A DNA stretch of 64,000 bases. It comes from an uncultured Candidatus Saccharibacteria bacterium (lineage in GTDB: Bacteria > Patescibacteriota > Minisyncoccia > Phycocordibacterales > GWA1-40-21). Location: positions 19,222 through 83,221 of the forward strand of contig CAZLRP010000002.1 in NCBI GenBank assembly GCA_964562105.1, in the 5' to 3' direction. This document shows, one piece after another, positions 39,448 through 47,664 of this stretch (the first letter of the stretch is position 1; the number at the start of each line of letters is the position of its first letter). Position numbers and translations under genes: made by a program. The notes under the pieces are model-generated. The model had not been told where the DNA came from. It saw nothing but the letters and a program-made list of their open reading frames with translations, and ran no database searches.

Positions 39448-40443
39448 TTAATATTTACCAATACGTGCCAAACTGTTTGACTTTGCAGCAGATAGAAGTA
39501 ATTCTTGTGCAGTTGTAATATCAGATGAATTTTTTGCCCAACTCATAAGGGCTTTGTTTTGTATTGCTCTTCCGTAAGAAAATGTAAGTGGCCATGGCAG
39601 TGGTGCATATTTATACATGGCATTTAAATTGAGAGACGCTTGTTCATCATCTTGTCCCCCTGACAGAAAAACGATACCACCAATCTCTTTTGGTACGTGT
39701 TCAATAAGACATTTTATTGTCATACCTGCAACATCTTGAGCTAGTGATTGAACAGTCGAATCCTTTCCAGAAATAACCATACTTGTTTTTAAAATCATAC
39801 CAGGGATAAAAATATTTTTTTCTTTAAGAGTTTTAAATATAATATCAAGATTTCGCGCAGTAACCTCAAGACATTTATTTATTGTATGATCACCATCCAT
39901 CAATATTTCTGGCTCAACAATAGGCACAATTCCTACACTCTGACAAAAATGTGCGTACTCGGCAAAAATGCGAGCATTTTCTTGCATGCATTCTTCACTA
40001 GGTGTTTCTGTACTTATATTATATATTGCACGCCACTTAGCGAATGTAGCACCCATCTTCTTATATTCATCTAAACGATCGGGAAGACCAATGAGTCCTT
40101 CAGTAATTTTATCTCCATCATGAGGTGGAAAATCTTTTGTACCCATATCTACTTTTATACCTATATCTATACCCTTTTCTTGTAAGACTGATGTAAAATT
40201 TTTTCCATCAATAGTTTTTTGACGTATTGTTTCGTCAAAAAAAATATAACCGGAAATATAATTTTCAATATCTGGTGCAGTTACAAGTAATTCGCGATAT
40301 TTCCTACGATTTTCCTCTGAGGGAATAATGCCAAGTTTTAGAAAACGTTTATTACATGTCGGTATACTTTCATCTATAGCAAGAATACCTTTAGGTGAAA
40401 GCATTAGGCGTGATATTGTTTCCGTTAAGTTTTTTGTATCCAT
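39448..40443 (-). CDS. Fructose-bisphosphate aldolase class I
   Basis: KGILAIDES, GIKVD.G, FAKWR, VPIVEPE, FLSGGQ, LTFSYGRA. Confidence 0.95.
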   Translation of the reverse strand: MDTKNLTETISRLMLSPKGILAIDESIPTCNKRFLKLGIIPSEENRRKYRELLVTAPDIENYISGYIFFDETIRQKTIDGKNFTSVLQEKGIDIGIKVDMGTKDFPPHDGDKITEGLIGLPDRLDEYKKMGATFAKWRAIYNISTETPSEECMQENARIFAEYAHFCQSVGIVPIVEPEILMDGDHTINKCLEVTARNLDIIFKTLKEKNIFIPGMILKTSMVISGKDSTVQSLAQDVAGMTIKCLIEHVPKEIGGIVFLSGGQDDEQASLNLNAMYKYAPLPWPLTFSYGRAIQNKALMSWAKNSSDITTAQELLLSAAKSNSLARIGKY

Positions 40444-40450
40444 ATTATTT

Positions 40451-40588
40451 ACCCGAGAAAATTTTTGCCAATAAAAATTGTTTGTTTGACTTAATAACTT
40501 ACATCTATTATATCACATGACATAACAAAATTTGTACGTAGTAGAAACAACTAATTTTTAACAAACATTGGCAAAAACTTTAACGGGT
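40451..40588 (-). repeat. Family A leader hairpin, copy 1 (upstream of aldolase)
   Basis: ACCCGTTAAAGTTTTTGCCAAT ... ATTGGCAAAAATTTTCTCGGGT on the minus strand, 7 nt before ATG. Confidence 0.88.
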
Positions 40589-40648
40589 GAACAAGTTTTA
40601 GAAATTTAAAAAAGCGGGTTTTGGGCAAAGCCCAAAACCCGCTCCAAT

Positions 40649-40873
40649 TCATTTTTCTACAAATTCAAACCTTGCTTTTTTTGTTCCATCTGGAGCTATC
40701 ACTTCCCCAGTAAACATTTTCAGAGGCCTTGCCCAAAGTTTAGAAGTTTTATTATCATACATGGCTTCATAAAAAACCAAATCCTCCGGAGTTTCAGAAT
40801 GTTTTCCCTCACCGATTACTTTATAAAGATTTCCTGTTTTGTAATGTTTATAAATTCCCTGTTTTAATTTCAC
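40649..40873 (-). CDS. DUF1653 family protein
   Basis: GIYKHYK.GNLYKV....HSET.EDLV.Y..MY....LWARP..MF....RF. Confidence 0.9.
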   Translation of the reverse strand: MKLKQGIYKHYKTGNLYKVIGEGKHSETPEDLVFYEAMYDNKTSKLWARPLKMFTGEVIAPDGTKKARFEFVEK

Positions 40874-40885
40874 AATAAAGATAAA

Positions 40886-41293
40886 TTAATTTTTATAATA
40901 ATCTTCCTTGACTTCCTCTGGTTCTTGAAGAGAATTGTAGTCAATTAATATTTCTTCCCCTTCTTTTATATCCCGCGAGGCATAATAATCATAATCTTTG
41001 TTAAGAGCATTCGGAGTTTTAGAATGATTAAGATACCACCCGATTGGCATTCTCCCAAAATCTGCAGGACACATTAGTTTCTTCCCGAAATTAACACAAT
41101 AAGATTGAAATGGTTCGGGAATATCTTTAATATCAAAAAAACGCTCATTACTTCCTGTTTCTACTCCGGTTTTTTCATCTCCAAACAACCGCAAATATGT
41201 ATCTTTTGCGATATTATGTGTAGCAAAAACGCCAACGCCAAATTTTGAAGGTTTTAAAATAAAAGAAAATTCGTTTGTTGTGTTTTTATTCAT
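40886..41293 (-). CDS. SET-domain protein (putative lysine methyltransferase)
   Basis: GVGVFA, YLNHS..PN, ASRDIKEGEEILIDY. Confidence 0.9.
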   Translation of the reverse strand: MNKNTTNEFSFILKPSKFGVGVFATHNIAKDTYLRLFGDEKTGVETGSNERFFDIKDIPEPFQSYCVNFGKKLMCPADFGRMPIGWYLNHSKTPNALNKDYDYYASRDIKEGEEILIDYNSLQEPEEVKEDYYKN

Positions 41294-41304
41294 AATTTTT
41301 TAAT

Positions 41305-41377
41305 TGTCATTCCCGTGCAGACGGGAATCCAGAATTAGTTTAATACAACCTAGATTCCCGCATCCGCGGGAATGACA
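41305..41377. repeat. REP-doublet element, copy 2
   Basis: TGTCATTCCCG..CGGGAATC...GATTCCCGC..GCGGGAATGACA. Confidence 0.9.
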
Positions 41378-41381
41378 CACA

Positions 41382-42101
41382 CTAAATTCCTGACATTTCT
41401 TCCACCGCTTCTTTTATATTTTCGCTTTCATAAATCGCCGAGCCGGAGATAAGTTTGTTGGCTCCAGCTTCCACTAAATATTTGTAATTATCAAAACTGA
41501 CTCCCCCGTCTACGCTAATTGTGATATTCGGATATTTTTTTCTTAAATCGGAAATTTTTTCATATACTTCTTCATCAAACTCCTGACCTTGATATCCTAT
41601 TTTTTTAATTCCCATAAACTGGACAAAATCCGCAAGTGTTTTATCTTGCGCATTTGGTTCTAAAAATTCATTCAAAACTTCATTTGAAGTATCTATATTC
41701 AAAGCGATTCCTATTTCAACATTTATAAGAGAGTCTCCGGAATATCCATAAGTTTTTCTCAAATCTTTTACCAATTCCAAAATTTTTGGTGACGATTCAA
41801 TATGCAACACAAGTGCTTTTGCCCCAGCTTTTATCCATTTTTCTGCAGACTCTTCAGGATTTTTAATCATCAAATCTGCTTCAAAATCCATGTTCTGCCA
41901 AAATGGAAATCCTTCATCCTCTTCTGTAATTTTTTCAAAATGGTTTTCATAATCCCCTACATACGGCCAACTTTTTGAAGGAACAAATTTTCCATCACAA
42001 ATATCCACTTGCACCAATTTTACAACGCCTTTCACGGCAGACATCTTGCAATTAAGATCTTCGTATGATTCCGGTATTATTGCTGGAAGCACTTCTGTCA
42101 T
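41382..42101 (-). CDS. rpe: Ribulose-phosphate 3-epimerase
   Basis: QVDICDGKFVP, QFMG...GYQGQEF, ISVDGGV, AGANKLISGSAI. Confidence 0.9.
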   Translation of the reverse strand: MTEVLPAIIPESYEDLNCKMSAVKGVVKLVQVDICDGKFVPSKSWPYVGDYENHFEKITEEDEGFPFWQNMDFEADLMIKNPEESAEKWIKAGAKALVLHIESSPKILELVKDLRKTYGYSGDSLINVEIGIALNIDTSNEVLNEFLEPNAQDKTLADFVQFMGIKKIGYQGQEFDEEVYEKISDLRKKYPNITISVDGGVSFDNYKYLVEAGANKLISGSAIYESENIKEAVEEMSGI

Positions 42102-42152
42102 AATTAATTTTAGAAAACTATTAGCGCTTAATTTTTTATTAAATTATTAAAA

Positions 42153-42854
42153 TTAGCGGGCACAATGAACATTACTACCCGGGTAACTTTTTCCACCATC
42201 GCCTACACTGCCACTCGTCATATAAACAAAGTAAGCAACATCACTATAAGTTTCCGCTGGATAAGTAGTTCCCGACCAATAGTAATCACCCAGAAAATTG
42301 GAATGGTCTTGACTATATTTAGCTACCAATTCATCCTTTGATGGGAGTCTCCAAGGTGCTCCATCCTTTGTCCCTCCGACAGATGAAAGACCGGCACAAG
42401 TTGTGCCTGCAGTGTACCAATCTGTATCATCGCCTGGCGTGTCAGTTGCATACCACTCCGTTGCTTGAGCCCCCACAAGAGTTCCAACAGAACTTGTTCC
42501 GTAAGAAGTGCCTGTAGCTACATTGCCTGGAATAAGGTTTGATGTGTTATAAGCTCCAGCTATTCCCATGATAGTAGTACCTGTTGTAATAGTACCAGAT
42601 GATAACGTTGGTATGGCGTTGTATATGTCAGACAGAGTATACATTGATGCTACAGGAGCTGATGTGGTGGATATGGAGTGAGTGGAAGTAGAGTATGTAT
42701 TCAGTATGATTTTGTTGTATATATCAGATAAAGTTACAAAGTTTGCTGTATCTGTGCTTACTGAAGGAGTAAGTGTACCGGCAAAGACTACTCCCCCAAT
42801 TACGAGAGTGGCTCCGAGGATATAGGAGAGAATGTGTTTGAGTTTAGGTTGCAT
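42153..42854 (-). CDS. Secreted S/T-rich protein with C-terminal DUF1566 (Lcl-C, C-type-lectin-like) domain; candidate DGR target
   Basis: Signal peptide; W..A...C....G....WRLPSKDEL...YYWSGT...AY.V...G.V......VHCAR. Confidence 0.8.
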   Translation of the reverse strand: MQPKLKHILSYILGATLVIGGVVFAGTLTPSVSTDTANFVTLSDIYNKIILNTYSTSTHSISTTSAPVASMYTLSDIYNAIPTLSSGTITTGTTIMGIAGAYNTSNLIPGNVATGTSYGTSSVGTLVGAQATEWYATDTPGDDTDWYTAGTTCAGLSSVGGTKDGAPWRLPSKDELVAKYSQDHSNFLGDYYWSGTTYPAETYSDVAYFVYMTSGSVGDGGKSYPGSNVHCAR

Positions 42855-42969
42855 AATTAAAATAAAATTATTAATTTATACAGTTAATTATATCTTTTCT
42901 ATTTATGTATGGCAATGTTTTACAAGACAGAGTAAAAATTCACACGGAACAGGTATTCTGCTATACTTG

Positions 42970-43103
42970 ACCCGTTAAAGTTTTTGCTGATGTGTTGAAA
43001 ATGAGAAGAAAAATAATTATCTTTTTTAAAGATAGTTTCTAGTAAAAATTTTATTTAATCGTTTAACATCAACACATTTTTGTCAGCAAAAATTTTCTCG
43101 GGT
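42970..43103 (+). repeat. Family A leader hairpin, copy 2 (upstream of asnB)
   Basis: ACCCGTTAAAGTTTTTGCTGA ... TCAGCAAAAATTTTCTCGGGT, 7 nt before ATG; TATACT just upstream. Confidence 0.88.
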
Positions 43104-43110
43104 AAATTTT

Positions 43111-44970
43111 ATGTGTGGAATTGCCGGGACTGTGAGTCCCGAAATAAAAGAAAAAGATAGTGTTATACGAGAAATGATTTCTCGCATTTTTCATCGTGGA
43201 CCAGATGATGACGGTTTTTTTGTGGACGAGAATATTGCTTTGGGTATGCGCAGATTGTCTATAATAGATATTTCTACCGGTAAACAACCTATATGGTCGC
43301 AAGATAAAAAGAAAGTTATATTTTTTAATGGTGAAATTTATAATTATCTCGAACTCCGTAAAGAATTGATTTCAAAAGGCCATATTTTTGATACACATGG
43401 CGACACAGAAGTTATCTTGCACATGTATGAAGAATATGGAGAAAAAATGCTTACCCAGCTACGAGGTATGTTTGCATTTTGCATATATGACAAAGAAAGC
43501 AAAGCTGTTTTTCTGGCACGAGATTTTTTCGGAATAAAACCGCTTTATTATCTTAAAGATGCCGAAAAAATAGTTGCGTTCTCGTCTGAAATAAAAAGTT
43601 TTTTGTCTTACCCAGGATTCAAAACCGTGGTCAATGATTCAGCTGTCTACAATTATTTATCATTCCAATACAATCCACTTCCCGAAACTTTTTTCAAATC
43701 CGTTTATAAGCTTCCTCCTGCCCACTGCATGAAAATTGACTTAAAAAATGGAAGCGTGGAAATTAAAAAATATTGGTCATACGAAATTAAGCCAGATGAA
43801 AATTTGGAAGAGATTGAGACCACAAAAAAAATCCACGAAACTATACGAGATTCAGTAGAACATCACATGATTGCAGATGTTCCCGTCGGCTCTTTTCTTT
43901 CTGGCGGAATTGACAGTAGTATTATTGCCACGATGATGCAGGAAATCCGTGGAGGCAACCCCAGTCAAATAAAAAGCCAATTTGACGGGGCAAGAAAAAT
44001 TAAAACTTTTACAGTTGGTTTTGATACACTAACAGAAGGCGTAGAATCAAAAGAAACATCAGATTTTCTTGGCACAGATCATACAGAAATAAAAATCGGG
44101 CCTGAAGAATATTTTAATATTCTTCCAAAAGCCGTATATCACTTTGATGAGCCCGTCGCCGATCCTTCCGCTATTGGGCTTTATTTTGTAGCCCGTGAAG
44201 CAAAAAAACATGTCAAAGTTGTACTTTCTGGTGAGGGGGCTGATGAACTTTTCGGCGGATATAATATATATCTTGCACCTTTTGCTTACAAAAAAATATC
44301 TTGGATTCCTAAAAGCTTTTTGAAAATAATTTTAAAAATACCATTTGAATTTTTTGGAAAAAACTATATTCGCCGCGCGAGCGACTTGCTTTCAAACTGG
44401 TATGTAGGCAACGCTTCAATATTTAAAGATTTTGAGCGAGATTTGTTGTGGAAAAAACAAGTTGAACAAAAATATTCCCTTTCGCCATTTTATGAACATG
44501 TAAAAAATTTGAGTGATTCTACGCAAATGCAATATATTGATGTTTCTACTTGGCTCATTGGAGACATCCTGGCAAAAGCTGATAAAATGACAATGGCAAA
44601 TTCATTGGAGCTTCGCGTGCCTTTTTTGGATAAGAAAGTTTCAGATTTGGCCTCCACTTTGCCAGATAAATTTAAATGGCGTAAAGGCGTGACTAAATAC
44701 CTTTTGCGAGAGGCATTTAAGAATGTAATCCCCGAGAGCACCCGCAATAGAAAAAAGCTTGGTTTTCCAACACCAATTCGCGATTGGTTCACCGAAGACA
44801 GACAAGATTTATACCAGAAAATATACGACTGTAAATACATAAGAGAGCATATGAATGTTGAATATATTAAAAAAATTGTGGAAGATCATATAAATAAAAA
44901 AATCGATAACTCCAGAAAAATATATTTACTTTTAATGCTCGCTTTGTGGTTTGAGGTATTTGTTAAATAA
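43111..44970 (+). CDS. asnB: Asparagine synthase (glutamine-hydrolysing) / AsnB-type amidotransferase
   Basis: MCGIAG, HRGPD, RRLSIID, NGEIYN, LSGGIDSS, SGEGADELFGGY, ELRVPFLD. Confidence 0.95.
   Translation: MCGIAGTVSPEIKEKDSVIREMISRIFHRGPDDDGFFVDENIALGMRRLSIIDISTGKQPIWSQDKKKVIFFNGEIYNYLELRKELISKGHIFDTHGDTEVILHMYEEYGEKMLTQLRGMFAFCIYDKESKAVFLARDFFGIKPLYYLKDAEKIVAFSSEIKSFLSYPGFKTVVNDSAVYNYLSFQYNPLPETFFKSVYKLPPAHCMKIDLKNGSVEIKKYWSYEIKPDENLEEIETTKKIHETIRDSVEHHMIADVPVGSFLSGGIDSSIIATMMQEIRGGNPSQIKSQFDGARKIKTFTVGFDTLTEGVESKETSDFLGTDHTEIKIGPEEYFNILPKAVYHFDEPVADPSAIGLYFVAREAKKHVKVVLSGEGADELFGGYNIYLAPFAYKKISWIPKSFLKIILKIPFEFFGKNYIRRASDLLSNWYVGNASIFKDFERDLLWKKQVEQKYSLSPFYEHVKNLSDSTQMQYIDVSTWLIGDILAKADKMTMANSLELRVPFLDKKVSDLASTLPDKFKWRKGVTKYLLREAFKNVIPESTRNRKKLGFPTPIRDWFTEDRQDLYQKIYDCKYIREHMNVEYIKKIVEDHINKKIDNSRKIYLLLMLALWFEVFVK
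43962..43997 (+). repeat. 36-bp palindromic element inserted in frame in asnB
   Basis: Identical to 9157-9192 in rnr. Confidence 0.92.
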
Positions 44971-44971
44971 A

Positions 44972-45610
44972 ATGGGAAATCAAAAAGCTTTAAAAAGAGA
45001 GGATGTTAAAAAAGTAAAAATTCTAGAAAACAACGAACCTTTGGTTGAAATTTTTGAAACTGAAAAAATTTCACTTTTATCCGAACACAAATTTTTATAT
45101 CCTTTTTTGAGAAAAACTACTTTGGAAAAATTAATAGAAGCGAGCCGAAATCTGCCAGATCAATATAAATTACTGGTAGTTACAGCGTACAGATCATTTG
45201 AAATGCAAAAAGAACTTCACCGTCAAAGATCTTGGCAGATGGCGAAAAAATATCCTTTTTTGATGATTTTTTGGTATAAAAAATGGCAAAGTTTTGTAAT
45301 GAAATATACAGCTCCTCCTGGCGGTTCCCCACATCAAAGTGGCGGAGCTGTTGATGTTACTTTGATAGATAAAAATGGAAATAGATTAGATATGGGAACA
45401 AGTTTAACTGATTTTGGAGAAAAAGTTCATACAAATTCAAATTTAATTACAAGCGAGCAAAAAACAAATAGAAAAATCCTATGTGAAGCTATGACTAAGG
45501 CAGATTTTACAAACTATCCGTTGGAATGGTGGCATTTCGATTATGGCGACAATATGTGGGCTGCTTATTCAGGCTTAGATAATTGTATGTACGGACCTTT
45601 AAATAAATGA
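44972..45610 (+). CDS. D-Ala-D-Ala dipeptidase (VanX / M15D family)
   Basis: AYRS..MQ, SPHQSGGAVDVTL, DMG, EWWHFDYGD. Confidence 0.9.
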   Translation: MGNQKALKREDVKKVKILENNEPLVEIFETEKISLLSEHKFLYPFLRKTTLEKLIEASRNLPDQYKLLVVTAYRSFEMQKELHRQRSWQMAKKYPFLMIFWYKKWQSFVMKYTAPPGGSPHQSGGAVDVTLIDKNGNRLDMGTSLTDFGEKVHTNSNLITSEQKTNRKILCEAMTKADFTNYPLEWWHFDYGDNMWAAYSGLDNCMYGPLNK

Positions 45611-45620
45611 TGGTATGTTT

Positions 45621-45847
45621 ACCCGTTAAAGTTTTTACTAACGCATTTTTGTCTTTACAAATAAAGTTAAGTAGACTAGATTAAATAAAACATAATTATC
45701 TGAATAGTCTTGCTGTGTTTAAAATGACAAAAATGCAAAAAAGTTAGTTTTGAGTTAAGATATTACTTGTAATATAAATGTTTGATAAATTAAGTAAGTT
45801 AGATATAGTCACTACTAACTTTTTTATTAGTAAAAATTTTTTCGGGT
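45621..45847 (+). repeat. Family A leader hairpin, copy 3 (upstream of mraY)
   Basis: ACCCGTTAAAGTTTTTACTAA ... TTAGTAAAAATTTTTTCGGGT, 2-5 nt before ATG. Confidence 0.85.
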
Positions 45848-45849
45848 AA

Positions 45850-46899
45850 ATGATGATCAACGCTTTAAAAGTCGTAATTCCCTCTGTTTTAACATTCTTT
45901 TTGGGTATTTTAATAACGCCTTTTTTCACCAATTTTTTCTACAAATACAAAATGTGGAAGAAATCTTCACGAACAGAAGCCGGCACTACGGAAGAATTTG
46001 CAAAAGTACATAACACAAAAGGTGAGCTTTCCACTCCCCGAGTCGGTGGAGTAATTATATGGGTATCGGTATTGCTTACAATCGGCATAATATATCTGCT
46101 TTCAATTCTTTTTCCGACAGATCTGACTGAAAAATTAAATTTCCTCAGTCGCAACCAAACACTTGTGCCTCTTGTCGCATTTATATTTGCATCTTTAATT
46201 GGACTCGCAGATGACATGTTGCAAATAATGGGAAAAGGCAGTTATGCAAAAGACAGTTTAATCTACAGAAAAATAAAAATAATCGTTGTAACGCTTATCG
46301 GCTTGATTATCGGTTTTTGGTTTTATAATAAACTTGAAGTAAGTTCTATTTATATGCCTTTTCTTGGAGATATAAATCTTGGCTTGTGGTTTATTCCATT
46401 TTTCATTACAGTTATGTTAGCCACATTTTCAACTAGCGTTATTGATGGAATTGACGGACTTTCAGGAGGGGTGCTAACAAGCGCTTTTACCGCATATGCA
46501 ATTATAGCTTTTGCAAACAATCAGATAGATATAGCTGCTTTTTGTGCCGTCATTGCAGGTGGAACATTAGCCTTCCTTTGGTTTAATATTCCTCCGGCTA
46601 GATTTTATATGGGAGAAACGGGAATACTTGGTCTTACCATTGTACTTTCTGTAATTGCTTTTATGACTGATGCAGTCGTAGTTCTTCCTATCATCGCTTT
46701 ACCTTTGGTTTTGACATCCGCTTCGGTCATTATACAAATGATTTCTTATAAATATTATAAGCGCAGAGTTTTTCGCGTAGCTCCACTGCATCATCACCTT
46801 GAAGCAATCGGCTGGTCAAAAGAAAAAGTTGTGATGCGTTATTGGATAGTCAGTGCTGTTTTTGCAATAATCGGAGTGATTGTAGCTCTCGTAAGCTAA
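45850..46899 (+). CDS. mraY: Phospho-N-acetylmuramoyl-pentapeptide transferase
   Basis: TPRVGG, GLADD, IDGIDGL, FLWFNIPPARFYMGETG, APLHHHLE..GW. Confidence 0.93.
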   Translation: MMINALKVVIPSVLTFFLGILITPFFTNFFYKYKMWKKSSRTEAGTTEEFAKVHNTKGELSTPRVGGVIIWVSVLLTIGIIYLLSILFPTDLTEKLNFLSRNQTLVPLVAFIFASLIGLADDMLQIMGKGSYAKDSLIYRKIKIIVVTLIGLIIGFWFYNKLEVSSIYMPFLGDINLGLWFIPFFITVMLATFSTSVIDGIDGLSGGVLTSAFTAYAIIAFANNQIDIAAFCAVIAGGTLAFLWFNIPPARFYMGETGILGLTIVLSVIAFMTDAVVVLPIIALPLVLTSASVIIQMISYKYYKRRVFRVAPLHHHLEAIGWSKEKVVMRYWIVSAVFAIIGVIVALVS

Positions 46900-46904
46900 T
46901 AATT

Positions 46905-47017
46905 TAGCTTGTAGCTTTTTAGAACAGTAGCTTCTTAGGAAATTCAAAGAGAGACGCGCTTTGTGCGTCACTTATTGAATTTTCCTAAAAAGCTAAGAAG
47001 CTACGGCCTACAAGCTA
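46905..47017. repeat. Long nested imperfect hairpin (AGCT-rich arms) between convergent mraY and rpiB
   Basis: TAGCTTGTAG/CTACAAGCTA, GTAGCTTCTTAG/CTAAGAAGCTAC, TAGGAAATTCAA/TTGAATTTTCCTA. Confidence 0.8.
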
Positions 47018-47021
47018 GTTT

Positions 47022-47546
47022 CTACTTAAAATCAAAATTATTTTTAATTTCTCTTGAAATTTTTTCTATTTTCTTGATTCTACGAATATGTCTTTGTCCG
47101 TTTGAAAAATCGGTTTCAAGCCATATTTTAATCGCTTTTTTGGCTTGTCTTAGTTTTAAAAATCTAGCACCCAAAGAAAGAACATTTGAATCGTTATGAA
47201 GTCTCCCCAATTTTATTATTTTCCATTTAGAAAAAAAATGCGGATTCCCATAAAAAACTATTGCGCGAACATGGGGGAATCTATTCGCCACCATTGCCTC
47301 CCCTTGCCCTGAACCTCCAAGAATAATTCCAAGATTATGTTCTGGATTCAAAGCAACTGCTTTTGCAACAATTGAAATATGATCGGGATAATCGTCTCCT
47401 TCTTCATATCTGTAAGCTCCACAATCAATAATTTTATATCCCAGTTTCTCAATAAAAGGAATGAGTTTTTGTTTCAAAGAAAAACCAGCATGATCTGTGC
47501 CTATATATATTTTTGGCTTGTGACTTTTGTAACCAAGATTTTTCAT
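47022..47546 (-). CDS. rpiB: Ribose-5-phosphate isomerase B family
   Basis: IGTDHAGF, DDYPD, GGSGQGE..ANR, HNDSNVLSLGAR, RHIRRI. Confidence 0.93.
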   Translation of the reverse strand: MKNLGYKSHKPKIYIGTDHAGFSLKQKLIPFIEKLGYKIIDCGAYRYEEGDDYPDHISIVAKAVALNPEHNLGIILGGSGQGEAMVANRFPHVRAIVFYGNPHFFSKWKIIKLGRLHNDSNVLSLGARFLKLRQAKKAIKIWLETDFSNGQRHIRRIKKIEKISREIKNNFDFK

Positions 47547-47570
47547 AGAAACATTATAACATTATATTAC

Positions 47571-47652
47571 GTCATTGCGAGTGTAACGAAGCAATCCAGG
47601 TTTAATTTAAATTAATTCTGGATTGCCACGTCGCTTCGCTCCTCACAAAGAC
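47571..47652. repeat. REP-doublet variant with GTCATTGCGAG arms and the same spacer as the ATTCCC family
   Basis: GTCATTGCGAG..GAAGCAATCCAGG..AAATTAATTCTGGATTGCC.. Confidence 0.75.
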
Positions 47653-47664
47653 ATACGTATTGAT

